Shown: positions 13,001-28,000 of the stretch, piece after piece
Position numbering within the stretch: position 1 is the stretch's first letter
How the letters are laid out: each line of letters opens with the position of its first letter
Origin: Owenia fusiformis
Lineage: Eukaryota
DNA: 64,000 bases
Direction: 5' to 3'
Assembly (NCBI GenBank): GCA_903813345.2
Contig: CAIIXF020000001.1
Coordinates: forward strand, 36,456,001-36,520,000
Program-made: the position numbers and the translations under genes
Notes under the pieces: generated by a model
The model's database searches: none
What the model was told of the DNA's origin: nothing
What the model saw: only the letters and a program-made list of their open reading frames with translations

Positions 13001-16000
13001 TGCCGCTCCGGCATTCCGTGGTTTTTAACTTACATCCGTTCACAAGCAATTAAACTTTGATTGATTCACTCACTTAACTGGTACATCCTTTGCAAAATTA
13101 TAAGGGAAATAGAGAGGGATGAATTGTTCTGCCCCGGCTACTAAATTAAACACCAGATTAAACAAATCGCAATCAATACATAACGCATCTTTCGCCAACA
13201 AAAAGTTCTATAAAGCATGCCCAATGTCCTGTTTAAGAACCCATATTCTAACTATTGAAAATGGATTCTAGCGATACTCACCAACATGAATCTACTTGTT
13301 CAGACTAAATCAACTTCAGTTCTTCTGAGAAAATGATACCCTTTCTGATTTCAGAAAGGGTATCATTGAATTAGCATGGAGATGCAATTGATTTCATCCC
13401 CCTTAATGGCATCCTTGCTGAAATCCTCATTTTCTCAGAAGAACTCAAGTTGATCGAGTCTCAACAAGTAGATTCATGTTGGTGAGTATTGGTAGAATCC
13501 ATTTTCAAGAGTTGGAGAATGGGTTCTAAAACAGGAAATTGAAGCTTAACTAAGGCCTTTTTGAAATTTGAAAATTTTGAGAAAGGTTAATTTTCTTAAT
13601 GCCCATTTCTTATATACTGTTCGAATGTCAAACTGTAAGTATAACCGATGAGAAGTGAAACCTATATCTATGAACCAAAGATGATATACACAAAGCATTG
13701 GACTTCGTGCATGTATTTCAAGTACTTTAAGTTCTGGTACAAACTGTAAAATTGAAAGAAATTCGACTCTGACACATTGTGAACCATTTCGTTTCACACT
13801 TAATTTTTCTTTATGATCCAGTACACCTAAAATGAAGACATTTTGAAAAAATGAATCTCCTTTCGAAAGAATAAATACAGACTGATCGGCAGCTTCGTCT
13901 GCAATGTCAACTTGCCATTTTTAAATAATGTGTTAGTGCTGTGTCAGCAGAAAAATAAAGCCATGATATAGTGAAATGTAGCTGATATTATTGGATTTTA
14001 CTTCACGATCAGGGTAATGCTTCAAGTGCGAGGGAACATTTCGACTATCAATATATTTTTGGTTACATGTCAGGTAACATGTTTTCACCGATTTTTAAGT
14101 TCATTGCAGTGAAAATTCTTCACGTTTTATTATCTTTCAGGCTTTTGGTTGAGATTTCGGGAAACCCGTATTTTGTTCCGGGTGTTGTGAAGTATCTAAA
14201 TGTCTAGTTTTGAATGAATATATTTCCAATATATCATGATGAGATGCGATATGCCGTGGTTGAGATTTTAAATCCCTCTACTAAATCTCCTACTTAGTGC
14301 TGTTCAATGACCATCATCTCCATAAACTGTGGTAGCTATGTGGCGACAAAATCCGGGTGTGATCGTGTTTCGTGATTTACGATACTAACTCGGTTATCGA
14401 TCGCTTGACGACTCTTAATTTTGTAATTGCAAATGTAGACCTTTCATTGTCAATTGTTTTCTTCAATTACCATTTGCATATTTGTATTGGTCAACTGATA
14501 TTGGGTAAAGGAACAGGCATGGTATGGCAAATGATTTTAGACAAATCTTTCATCTGAGTACTAACTCCGACCGTTTAATTTGAATTTTTGACATACCAGA
14601 AGTTTCATACTGCACCGTTTTTCATCAAACTTGTTCCATTCAAATCATGACAAAATGCCTTTCTGTTGGTACAAAGTCCCTACTTCCAGCGGCATTTTGG
14701 TCCCCAGCTAAGAGAAAGGCTTTACAATGAAGCAATGTACCGACATTGGACGGGTACAAAAAGCAGGTTCGTAAAAACTAATTATATTATTCAGCGGGGA
14801 GATATAGCTCATGCCCCGGCTAGAGCGGACAGAAGCCTTATTCATTAAGCCAACGTGCGTAGGACTTACGTCAGCGTATCGAATTGCGGAAAATTATTTT
14901 GGTATTCATAAAGCAAACGTAATTTTACGATGGACGTTAAGTCCTGCGGATCATACAAAATATTTACGCCAGGGGTCTTCACCAGTGCAAATTTACGTCC
15001 AGCTTTAAAATAACTATTTATTCAGACATTTACCATGAAATATTGTGAAATACTTGCAATAGTGACAATACGTATAATGTTAGAATTATTTGTCATTTGT
15101 TTGATACTTTCAAGTATTCAATTGGTCCCAAAAAAAGGTACGAAAATGTCATTACTTTTTAGTTGTCCAAGCGTAAACAGCAACATATCTTTCTTGCGCG
15201 CTCAACGTAAATGATTTTCAAATGCCCCTTCTTTTTAATATCGAAATAATCTCAATTGTTCCCACCGACTGCATTTAGGCCTACCTATATAATGAAATTA
15301 TACAAATCATTGATATTCACATGTTTATTTTTGTGATCACAAGTGCATGCAGGGGTTTCACTAGGATTTAGAACAACAGTCATTTAGCGAAAAACAACAG
15401 GCGAACATAAATCTTAAAATATTTGCCGCTCAATTTGCTCACATTAATCTAAAGATATTCGCCGGTCGCTTGAAACAAGACTACCTTGTTAAGAACATAT
15501 TTGAAATTGTGGTTCACAAAGGCTTAGGTAAGACTACCTCATATAGAATGTGTGTATGTTAGTGGAGTACACGAGGGCTTGAAACAAGACTACTTTGTTT
15601 AGAACATATGTGAAAGTGTGGTTCACAAAGGCTTAGGTAAGATTACCTCATATAGAATGTGTACATGTTAGAGGAGTACACAAGGGCTTGAAACAAGACT
15701 ATCTTGTATAGTAGAGCGAACCGAAATATTCAAAGGGGAATGGTTGAGACTCCATAAACTTGAGGTGTGTGGTTTGCGAGCACGAATCTCTATTCGCGAG
15801 TGTAGAAATATGTTCGGGAGCGAGGAAATGGTGGTGCGCGACCAGATTTCACGTTTGTGATGCGAGAATCGTGGTTCGAGTGAAAAGAACGTAGTTCGCG
15901 AAAGAACGTTTAATGCTTAATACTTAGTTTAAGTTTTAAATGGTTCCTTTATTTAAATAGTATTAATAAACAGCATAAACAGTCTAAGCCAAAGCATTAT

Positions 16001-19000
16001 TGGCCCTGTGGCCATGGGTAGCAATATTTGAATTTACATTAAAGATGGCTCTCTTGTTTGGTGAAATGAACTCTTTGTTTTTAACTCATCATAAGTACAT
16101 GTTATTTTAGATTATTTCTATTATTTTACAAAAAAAATCTGCAAAAGACATCTAATTAATAACGTATTATTTAATGGGATGTCACCAAACAGGAGGCTTC
16201 GTCATAATGCCGTTCGCATATTGGTAACGTTCCCATAAAAACAATACATGAACAGAGAAAATCGCAGACAATCTAGATCTGTGCGATAGTTAAGTAAGGA
16301 AGGAGCATATTTGTCCCTGTTCATAATCAAAGATTTGATAAAATAAATGTAGATAAATATCTGAAAGAACAGGAAAATCTCTCTCCACTGGCAGATCAAG
16401 CAACACCCCCCCCCCCCCAGGGGTGCCCCAGAAAAAATGTTTGACCTAAAAGTTTCGTATGGGCTCAATTAGGGGACCCTTTGGTCATCATTTGGCCTTT
16501 TTGGGCCTTATTTTTTAATGATGATTGTTGTCCCAGCCCATAGATTTAGATTTATGAACTTTATTACACATGCATACCCATAAAGGGTTAAGTGTACACA
16601 AAGTAAACACTAATTTAACAATATATCAATACAACAGAAAACAGTATATACAACACACACATATTAATACTTCATAATAAATAAATAAGTAAATAAATGA
16701 ACAAATAAATATGTATCATGGATAAGCACATGAATAGTGATTGTGATACGCGTCCATTGTTTATGTCATATATCGCACCCTTCTATGTTATATTACATTT
16801 ATGAATATGTTGCTGGGAGTATCTCCTGAAAACGATACTACCTCTAATTTATCCAATACACTTTTAAAATTCAGCATCTACGATGACTTGTTGTTCTTTG
16901 ATAGGTCATTAGATGTAGTGCTTCTGATCATGATAATAAGATGGATGACGTATTTAACATGTGATTATAGAAATTAGTAACTTGTTTAAATATATTTATA
17001 TATAGTGGGTATTTCCCAAGCTCTCCATAAATTGCTAAATTTGTTGATTTTTTTTATTTACTTTAAGAATATATTTACAAAAAGTTAGTTTCTCAGATGG
17101 AAATCATCTGCCATTTGTAAACCATTCATTCAAATCTTTTGTAGAAAAGTAATTCGACATGCCCCATATTTTGGATCCATATAAGATTAATGGAACTACC
17201 AATTGTTCAAAAATCGTTATCCCTATTGAAGGTTTTAAACTAGTATCGCCCAGTGACCTTTTAATTTTATAAATTGCTTTTAATCCTCTGTCATACAGAT
17301 AGTCCCTGGATTTACAAAACGTCCCTGAACTACTAATGGTCAAACCCAAGTATTTATATGATTTTACCGTCTCGATCTAATCCCCATCAAAATAAAAATA
17401 TTCTGTACGTTTTCTATCATTCTCATTCTTTTGATAAACTAATTGACAAATACCAGTCTTTACAATATTTTGAAAGATTATCTATAGATATTTGAATTCC
17501 ATCTCTGCTCAAAGACAACAGTAGAACATCATCAGCATACATTAAACAGTTTACTTTTGAACTTTGTAAAATTGATGCGTCATTAAAACTTATAACTGCT
17601 GGCAGATCATTTAAAAACAAATTGAATAGTGCGGAAGACATTGGATCCCCTTGTTTAACACCTGCACTCACTTTTCTAAATTCAGTCCTCTTTTTTAAAA
17701 TACTGTTTTTTATACATATTTTGGTATCTTGATACATTTTTTCTAACGATTTCAAAAAACTTTCCTTTTAAACCAACTGCCAAAAGTTTATATAAGACCT
17801 TCCCTCCAAATGCTGTCAAAAGCCTTTCTAAAATCAATGAATATTCCATAAATAGGAGAATTTAAATGTTTACCATATTTATCATGAAGCGTTCTGATAA
17901 TAAAGATATGATCTACTGTTCGTGCTTTCTTCTGAGATCCTGTTTGAGCTTTATTCACAATTTTATTATTATTTATGAAAACCTGCAATCGTGCATCCAA
18001 TACTGAATTAAATATTTTTCCAAACACATTGTTAATTGTTATACCTCTGTAATTTGATAATTTTCTAGGATCTCCGCTTTTGAAGCATAAGCATCCAACC
18101 TTTACACAAAGTGAAGGTGAATTGATCCCTTTTCATGTGAACTGAGGCAGGAGCCTGTCCAGACTAGCTATTGAGACCCATAGTGTTGAACTGACCTGTT
18201 ATATCTGGATCACAAATCACGTGACAATGTGACCACGAAGACCAAGTTGATAAGTGGCACTCTCCAGGGCATGGTAGGAAACATCTTTCAGTTTCCTTGA
18301 AAGGCAAAAAATACAGTACTTATAATATAGAATATCCTGTTCGTTTTATGGCAAAGTTATACCTGGCACGGGGTATAAATCGTTCGTAGTGTTAGGATAT
18401 CCCTTTTTACATTTAAAACGAGGTATACGACATATTTTATACTAATCGCAAGATACATAAAGGGTATTTTAAAATGAGGAAAGTATTTATAAGTATTTTA
18501 TTATATGTTAACACTAGTGCCAAAGAGTATTACAAAAACACAGAAAGAAAAAGTAAACATCCGAGAGAACAACCGGTTAAAAGGAGAAATGATACCCCAA
18601 ATGATGATCTAAAAAAGAAGTCAACTGGGAATTATCATTACAATCCAAAACAACAAGACTGTGTGGCATTTCATGGCATTGCAATACAAAAAAATGATAC
18701 AAATAAAGCCATCCAATACTCTTAACATCGAGATAGATGACCACTAAATAAACGACTTATTGAACATGCGAAATGATAACACTTACTTTAGGTCTTTGTT
18801 CTGTACATTTCCATTCAGCTACTGTTAGTCCCGGCCTTTGGATGCAAGAAATCTTCCTCGTTCGTTCCCCAAAGCCACAGTGTCCGTTCTGAAATAGACT
18901 TCACTACTTGTCAAATAATACATCTAGTTAAATTAAAAGCCTCGCGTTTCTTTTGACTTAATCAAAGACTTTGTCAGGGAATAGTTTAATTTACAGAGTG

Positions 19001-22000
19001 CATTTATCACCGACAGTTGAACAGCAACAATGAAGCATACCAAATGAAATGGGAAACTTTAGCAGTTAGATATTTTGTGGGATCCTATTTTTATTTTTCG
19101 ATATTTTTTGTTGCAAATTTTATTATAATTGTCATAAAGTGGATAATAATTATAATAGCATATTCAAATTTGTGCTTTTCTTTTGAAAAATTATTTCGAT
19201 CATATTGAAACATAGTACATGTATGATGGCCCCACATCTCATAAAGTGAGTTTGGAAAGTTTGGGAAGAGAAGATATTGTACAAATATTTCGTTTCATTG
19301 AGTGAAATACATGTCCATCATTAATGGGAAAATTACATTTGAAAGTGATACGGGTATTCATCGAAATTCATTCAAGACCTGTAACAAGGGAGAAGATAGA
19401 GAAATATTCGGTCTTCACGGCAGGTTAATACTAAATATCGTCTAAAATCTCCATTATATGCATGTTACCCGCCCGGTGTTGACCAATCATACAATTGTAA
19501 GCTTTGCGGTGACATAACATTTTTTAAATGTCATGTGATGCGTTTTCAGCAAAACCACAAAATGACAGTGAAATGACAGAGACATGATGATAACAAAAAT
19601 GCCTTTCTGTTGGTACATTATTCTGTTATACAGAGTCCCTACTTCCAGCGGCATTTTGGGGCTTCTTACAGTTGGGGACCCAAACGCCGCTATAAAACGA
19701 GGGACTCTGTACAATAGAGCAATCCATCGATAGAAAGGCATTTCTATTTTTATTTGAATGAAACAATTTTGAAGAAAAACGGTCTAGTATGCGACTCACA
19801 ATCCTTGATTTTCAAACATCTAGTAGCTTTGAAATTCAAATTAAGGGTTGTGTTCGTGTATAGTTGGATCATCGTGGATATGATGGCAAGAGAGTGAACA
19901 GAATAGCTTATGAAATTTTGAAATTGATGAAAATAAGAAATCCCAATGTTCCTTAGCCATTGACTCTGTGGTGAAATTAAGAATGCAAATTATATTAAAT
20001 ACTGTGTTCCGATTGGCTGGAATGCGATATTTGCCTATACTAGCTATATTGCATGGATATGGTTTATGATCTTATTACCTCTATGTTACACGAGGACCAT
20101 GTATCTACTGTCCAGTGGTTACATGAATCCAAGTAACACAATGCAGTTTGGAAAAGTTCCACTGGGCATTTGGTCCCTGCACCTGACGGGGACACGATCA
20201 CTTCACGGAATCTCCTTGTTATGCCTAAATAATAGATAATAAATACAAATATTAGCTCCTTTGCTGACTATTGAGATTTTTTCAAATATACCGTTCCATC
20301 GAGACATCAATGCTTAAAAGTCACAACCAAATAAACTATATTCGCATTCGGTCTAAAAAGCAATTCATATTGAGTGATTTATGTATGTATAATACAAACC
20401 TTCATTGCAAGTTTTCGAGCAAGGCGTCCAAAACGACCACTGTGACATCACACAATCAATATCACATACAACTGAGCAAACCTTCTCATTGATCACTGTA
20501 TCTGGGAGCATATCTATAGACTTAAAGCAAAGAGAAATGCTTGAAATAGCAATAGCACTAGATTTATCATGTCACGACTTGTGTGCATAGAAAGACACTC
20601 AATCTGATAATGTTACAAGTCAGGATAGCAAGATGTCAGGTTTTATTAATTGAGAAATTACAAACGTTATCAACCGCTCTCTCACGATTCCATTCAATTC
20701 AGTTCTGCGTGGCTTAGATGTTGTTTAGGTAGATCAGAATGGGGAAATTAGGAAAGTAAATCTAGTGTCTAATGATACTGTAATATACCTCTTTACAAAA
20801 ATGATGGGGCATTGGTCTCCCATCACTTCTAATGCAAGAGAGATATCGAAATTTCCGTCCTTTCCCACAAAGTTGTCTTTTCTTTAATATGCAAGAGCTC
20901 CACGAGCCCATTCTCCAGCTGAATGTGAAGCAATTACTGTTGAGTATGCAATCTCTCTGTTCAATCATTCTAGGACACTTATAACCCAATGTTTCAGGTT
21001 TTCGCAGCAATTCCCTTCTCCTTCTTTGTCTATGGGTGCTACCTGATCTGGTGCACTGAAAACAAAACGATAACAAAAGAGCACGTACAGTATGGCTGAT
21101 TTTAGACAGTCATTTCTCACATGACTAACAAAGATACGGCCATCTTTACCCCATGCAAGATATTGCCATCTTTCATCTTAAAAAGTCACACGTGCAAGAT
21201 GAGATTTACTTATGACATCACAGGTTTAAAAACATCATCAGCATGACAACGGATACACAGTTACTATGTGTTGTGAAAGATATAGAGTTCTTTCTGGGCA
21301 TAAATACAGTGGTTTTTATTAAAACAATATGTTTTCTTTCAAGTGAAGTACCCATGATGATAAAAATATCAATTGAACAATTCGAAAAATTATGAATAGG
21401 GACCCCATGTCAATATTTTTTCAAAATATTAAAACCTATTTACTCAAAAGAGGATCTTCTTGCATGAAAAGATTATTCAACAAGGGGTCAAAAACATCAT
21501 CAAAAATATAGTATTGTAAAATTGAGAAAAACAAGATCCTCTTTTTAGAAAATAAGCCTGATATTTTGCCAAGGTGGAGCCCTAGCCCCTAATCCATGAT
21601 TTTTCAGAGAGTTGGATTTATATTTTACTATCATGGGGACTTCACTTGAAAGAAAACATGTTGTTTTAATAAAAATGGCCAGAAAGTACTCATGGTGAAA
21701 GATATGACTGCCTAAAATCACTTGCCATACTGCACATGGAACTTTCACGAGTGTTGTCCCAGGAGTGTTGTACGAAATGTAACAATCGATCATAGCAAAT
21801 ATTTTCAGAGAAAAGAACAATTTGCAAATAATCATTAACATAGGACTAACTTGCTTGCAATTAGACCAGTCAGACCATAACGAAAGAACACAATCCTTTT
21901 CACACGCTACGAAACACACCACTGTTCTCAAGGGCCTGTGCTTGGGATCACATAAACTGGTATTAACTTCGAGTCTAGTTTCCATATTTATGCATCTGAA

Positions 22001-25000
22001 ACATAAATATTTCACAAAGGAATCATAGGGATTTCCAGTAATTATCTTATCGTGAGAGATCATGAGATTTATGGAGATCTACTTCTTGTTTGGAAATGAG
22101 CATATAGTAGACCTTGCAACTTGCATCTACTGGTCAAGTAACAGTTTTATAAGATGTCCATCTAGTAATATAATGAAATATGATATAATATATGATATGA
22201 TATGATATAATATAATATGATATAATTTAATATTGGCCCTCATTATAAAACCTATAATCAATTCATCCTTGTAAAGGCCTCAATTTCTAAATCAAGGGAG
22301 GCTATGCCCGCTAACCAGACGGAACAACGTAACTAGTATTAACCTAAATGAGCTGATTTGTTTTCCCTCTCCGCAAGGTACATCTCCAGTGTCACATGGC
22401 GTTGTACCAGTAACCTCCCATATGTAATTTATACATCCCAATTCACATGGTCTCGTTTCCTCCAACTGCAAATAAATATTACATTAATGATATACAGGAC
22501 TTGCTTGAACCAGAAACATATAAAAAGTATTATATGTCTCTGCTGGAACCCCGCTTGAACCATGTGCTTTGAAAGCCCATGCTTGAACTAAGACACTACT
22601 TTGCAATATTGAGAAGATGCAACATTTTATGGATGATCGTGGCCATTAAACGGAGGTTATCTAATCCTACTATCACACCAAACTAGTTCTCACTACGTTC
22701 TCGAAAACGGGCTTCAACTGTGTACGAACGGACTGAACGTACTTAGAACCGTTTGGGGTCTATTTACAAACTTCATCGAACGTACTCGAATGGATAGGTC
22801 CTCTAGAACTTAGAACATGCTCAAAATGTTCTCGTGGTCGTCACGTTCTACAATTAGAACGAGTGACAACGTACTATCGACGAGCTGGACGTAATACGTA
22901 ATAAGTCGTATTTCAATCCTACTAGGGACGTTTTTACAACGAGTTGAACCGTCTGATGACGTATTGAGAACGAGGTAGAACTAATTGCAAACGGGTTTAA
23001 ACTGATTAAGAACGTATTAAAGACTGCTTATGAACGAGTTAGAATTTTGAATCGATTCAAAATTCGATGGCGACCATACCGTTCTGTAATCAGATCATGA
23101 TGACCTTCTAGACTAAGGGACCGTTATACAACGTTGCACACCGACGTGGTGCGACCTGAACGAACTGCGAATGAGATGGACGTATTGAAGACTGTTTATG
23201 AACGAAGTAGCTAATTATTTTGGACATATTTCCCGACCACAGCCAGATTGAGCCTGTTTTACGACGTTTTCGTAGGACTGGCAAGAACGGGTAAGAACTG
23301 GTTTTTGTGATAGGGGGGGGGTAACCAAGACACTTTGTATCAATAGCCATTGGCCATTTAAGTCCTTTTCATCCTGCAAAGATATGCCTCTCTTTAGTAT
23401 CATAAACCCATGTTTTTCCAATTCTTTTATGGAAGGAAATAATGGTGGTAATTGCAAAATTCAAAAACAAATTAATAAAGATAAGAAAATGTCATGTAAA
23501 CCCTATCTGGTTCCACTGGAGGGCATGTTTTCCCATCATCTCCATATAGAGCAATGATCGTTCTTGTCCTTTTTTGTTGGGAGGTGCCGCAATTCTCTAC
23601 GTCACAGTCAGACCAACTTGACCAGTGAGAGAAGCTACATTTTGTTGGACATTCTACATAACACGCCTCTTTGAAATATTCTAAAGAAGAATAGACTTTA
23701 CATTAGCTTAAAAGTAAGAAACTAAGTTTGTATTCGCGAATGCAACTAACACCTGTCGGCTACCGAAATAACCTACTATTTTATTGGAAACTCATTTAAA
23801 TATGAATAGTACCTTCCACTATTCCATTTATATTTAAATGAGTTTCCAATAAAATACTAGGTTAATCCGGTAGCCGACAGGTGTAAGATGCATTCGCGAA
23901 TACAAGGTTAGCTTGTATTCGCGAATGCAACTAAGGTTAGCTTGTCATCTTTGAACTCTGTGGTTATTTCTCTCTGTTTAATTCGGAAGCCGACAGCCGA
24001 AAGTTAACCTATTAATTTTTAATAAATTAACCCGACATTCTGAAGTTTGAAGAATATATATTTATCAATAATAAAAACAATTGCTTTGCCTATTTTGCTA
24101 CAATGTGACCAAGAGTATTTTCGTCCCATATCGTCCACACACACTATGCTCTGTATTTTGATACCAGCCCCACATGTGTGAGAGATTCCATTGGTGTGAT
24201 TTCCTTCTAAGATGCAGCTGGACCAGTTTCCCAGACCAATAGCAGTGTAATCGGTACATACACATGGTAACTTTTCTGACAGTGAATGCCATTCACAAAC
24301 CCTGTTCATCTTTATACCAGCTGAAAATAGATAAAACATCAATATGATACAGATCTAAAATGCATTTTACGATGATAATGAATTAAAGTAAATGTTACAT
24401 GCCATCGGGACTACAGAGTACAGACATGAGGTAGATGGTCGTCTGAGTGCCTAGATACGACATGTGAGCTATCATTGATGGCGAATGATTGGATATCCAT
24501 TCAAACATGACCGTGCTCTATTCGAAATTCTCAACCAATCAGAATGCAGCATAGCCAATATAGAACGTTCTCTAATTCTCCATAGATGCACGACCATGCT
24601 CTATTCAATCTGCAATTTGCATTGTTTTGAGTGACGTCACATCTCAGCTGCACATCTGGGGCTCTGTCCGGGGATAGCTGTTCTTTTTTACTCCCTCCGT
24701 AACTACTGTAACTATTTAACTATGGCTGACTTCAAGTTTGCAGTCGGTGAACTAGTCTTACTTAACGGGGAGTAAAATAGAACAGCCCAAACAAATTCTA
24801 AAATTTTTCCGGCCGACTTCAGAATCTTGACAGCATGCGTATTCTTCCTTCATGCCCGTTCCACAGACACGGCTTTTACTAATTTTTATGTTTGAATCGG
24901 AATAAATAATGATAGGCCATTCAATATGGTGAAATTCAGCACTCGTTGGACAGAATGTTAGTACAAATGCACTCACCTTCGGTTCGTGCTTTGTACAACA

Positions 25001-28000
25001 TTCTGTCCAACTCGTGCTGAATTTCACCATATTGAATGGCCTATCATTATTTATTCCTTAAACATCAAATCAAATGGACTTTCTGAAAGATTAAACTTTA
25101 TAAAGTGTATTAGTAAACATCTATCTCATGAGTTCCCTCAAATGTACATTCTGCCAGCTTGAATGTTTCATTTAAAAGTACAGTTTCAACTACTAGATAG
25201 TAATGTTTTACCGTTTGATGGGCCATTTTTATTCATTCAACAAACAACCTACCGACAGCTGTCCTCGTTCGTGTTTTATATCCTCCACACTTCTCGATAC
25301 AATGACTAAACTGTGACCATTCTGACAAAGGACAGACCTGACCACACTTGACATGGCATTCTCTGTGAGTAACAGGAGCAATATGGTTGAATTGCAAACA
25401 ATGATACTCTGGAACAATTTTTCCAGATTTTGTTTGACATGTTACATCTGCAAAGCATAAATGAGTGGAATTAGTAAAAAGAACCAAAGGTATTTCAGTA
25501 AACTAGGGGAAAGTATTTCACTGGTGGTATCTGATCTATATTTTTTTTTAAAAACTGTCATTGGTATACATGTAAAATGCACAGTTTTCAGTCCATCACT
25601 ATTGATGCAACAACACCACTATGTTTATTAGCCGATGATGCAATAACACCAATGTTCTGATGCAAAAACGCCAATATAATGTATCATTATTATTAATCGT
25701 TATCATAATTATCATTATGTTCTGTTTACATGTGTTAGTCAGTACATGAATAAAACGTATTTTGCTTGTTTTTTAATGTATTTGTCTTTATCAAAGTTAA
25801 AAGGATATACAGGCCACGATATACAAAGTAAAAGAATGTGATTTAATCACATGATATTGTCGTACATGTACATTTAAGTTAACTAAGTAAAGTAAATCAC
25901 TTTCTAAATGACATCTGTGTTCGGAGGGTGTCCCAAATTTTGAAACTACTTTGAACTAGACAACTAAACTTAAAATTTAGGTGGATCGCCCAATTCGTTC
26001 GAATACCATTGGTCCGAATCCTATTTGTCAATAATGCGTGGAATAAAACATTGCGTTGATTGATTATTGAGTAAAATAGATTTCCTGCTTAGCCGTGTTT
26101 GTTGGAAATATTACGTTAAGCTTTTTACACTTTTTATTCTTCGGTCAAGTCAACATTTATTATGTTGGTCTGATTTTTTCAAAGAAACTCAACAGATATC
26201 AGCCATTTTTGTTGTTGTATATCCTTTGATCATATGTTTATAAATGTGTATACTTGGTAGATGTATGCATGCATTAACTTCAGAAAAAGTTCACCTAGGT
26301 ATAAAAGAGTATAAAATGAAGGTTAAGCGACACGTTTTTAAGATGTACAAGAATGTCCAATATAATATTACGACCCCTGAGATTAGTATATACCGCTCTC
26401 AATTTACCCTTTTGGAAGCTAAATCCTATCACTTATGTATACCTTTATACTCAGTCGGGGAGAACGAATCCATAGAGAACAATACTTCTACATATGCGCG
26501 CCATGCAAGATTCTCATAAAACGTGTAACTTAACTTACTAATTAAGTCAATTACACGTTTTTGACATAGATGAAGAAATCATCCCATCAACATGATTTTT
26601 TAAATGTTCTCCGATAACACTCACGGATGTTAAACTGTTCTTGTTATATTTTGATAAACAGTGTTAACGTACATTTACTCATTTATCACCGTTCCACAGC
26701 TTGATGATAAATATTCTCCAATATCTCGCCATGGGAGGACATTATCCAAAGCTGGTTATATTATCCTGAAAATTAAATGTCAATCTGGTCACATTGAATC
26801 ATATTTTTGAGATATATATTTTGAAGTATTTCGTAATTGACAAAAACCTAGTTATTTTGACGGTACAGTCAGTGTAAAGACTTCATGTATTGTTTTTAAT
26901 GGCAGATGGTGACATTTTGCACATTATGCCTTTTTTATTATTTTATAGATGTCATGGTGATATTTTTCTCTTTCAATAAGTTGAAACTATGTAACTAATA
27001 GAATTTATAAGTTACGCAATTTTCAGAGATCTACTGTTAAAATAAATATCAGGGGTATGATTAGAATATCTTACAGCAAACAAAAATAACATGGAAATAA
27101 TTGAAAAGTTTCAAAATTTCTCAAAATATGGATATTTTTGTAAAATAAACGGGAAAAGTTGCCTATTTCTAATGAAAGTCCTGGATATTCAATATTTTTT
27201 TGTGTTGATTCCCTCGATTTTTTACATGTAACTACTGTATGGCTGTATTGTCTGTAACGACTTTCTCATATAACATTGGAATCAAAGAGCTTTTGGATTT
27301 GTAAAATATTATTTCATGCCTATGTGGCAACTTGAAAATAAAGAACAAAATTACAACCGAGAAAAAAAAATCTCGCCATGTTTACCGATAACAAATGATG
27401 TATGTCCACCACTTTGAATGATAGCCGGAGTAAGGGAAACAGATTAGGTATTATTGGGTTACTGCAGTTTGTCATGTTAAAGGCGATCGAACTAGCCTAT
27501 GTAATGGAACAACTTTCAGTACATCTGAAATTATACGATTAATTTTAATAGTCTAGGAACGCTCATGGTAGGGTTTGACAATATGCCATAAATTGGTGTT
27601 GTTGCATCATTGCTCAAATCTAGAGGAGTGTTTTTGCATCTTCGGTTTGGTGTTGTTGAATCAATAATTAGGAACTAAAACCGTGAATTTATCGCTTCTT
27701 GATGATGCAATATGTATACAAATGACAATTTTTTTAAAAATATAGATCGTGCACTAACTACACGTGTATGGTTTAAGGATTTAAGACTTGGACTCAGTGC
27801 ATTGTGTGCTGAACCATTCCACGAAGATGATGTTTCCAAATCTTTGCATGACCCCGCATTGGGAATTATGGCGATCTTATACAGCGGAACACTTTTTAAT
27901 ATTTCTAAGTAGTGCGATGTATTTTCTCACTTCTTATTTGAATGCCCACTCCACATCTGTTTTTCCTGCTGTACAATATACATTTTGACCAACTTTCATC

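Larger units (their letters stand above)
8464..13021. mobile_element. Large inverted-repeat DNA element (~500-bp arms) carrying nested insertions
   Basis: 8464-~8965 is inverted at ~11470-11667 plus 12771-13021; further inverted segments at ~9495-9525/11405-11437 and ~9750-9822/11122-11197; no clear TSD. Confidence 0.65.

Noticed and set aside
23108..23457. ORFs sharing 'RSCQSYENVVK.AQSGCGREIC' with ORF 62118..62459
   Set aside because: Shared MITE sequence, not a protein domain.
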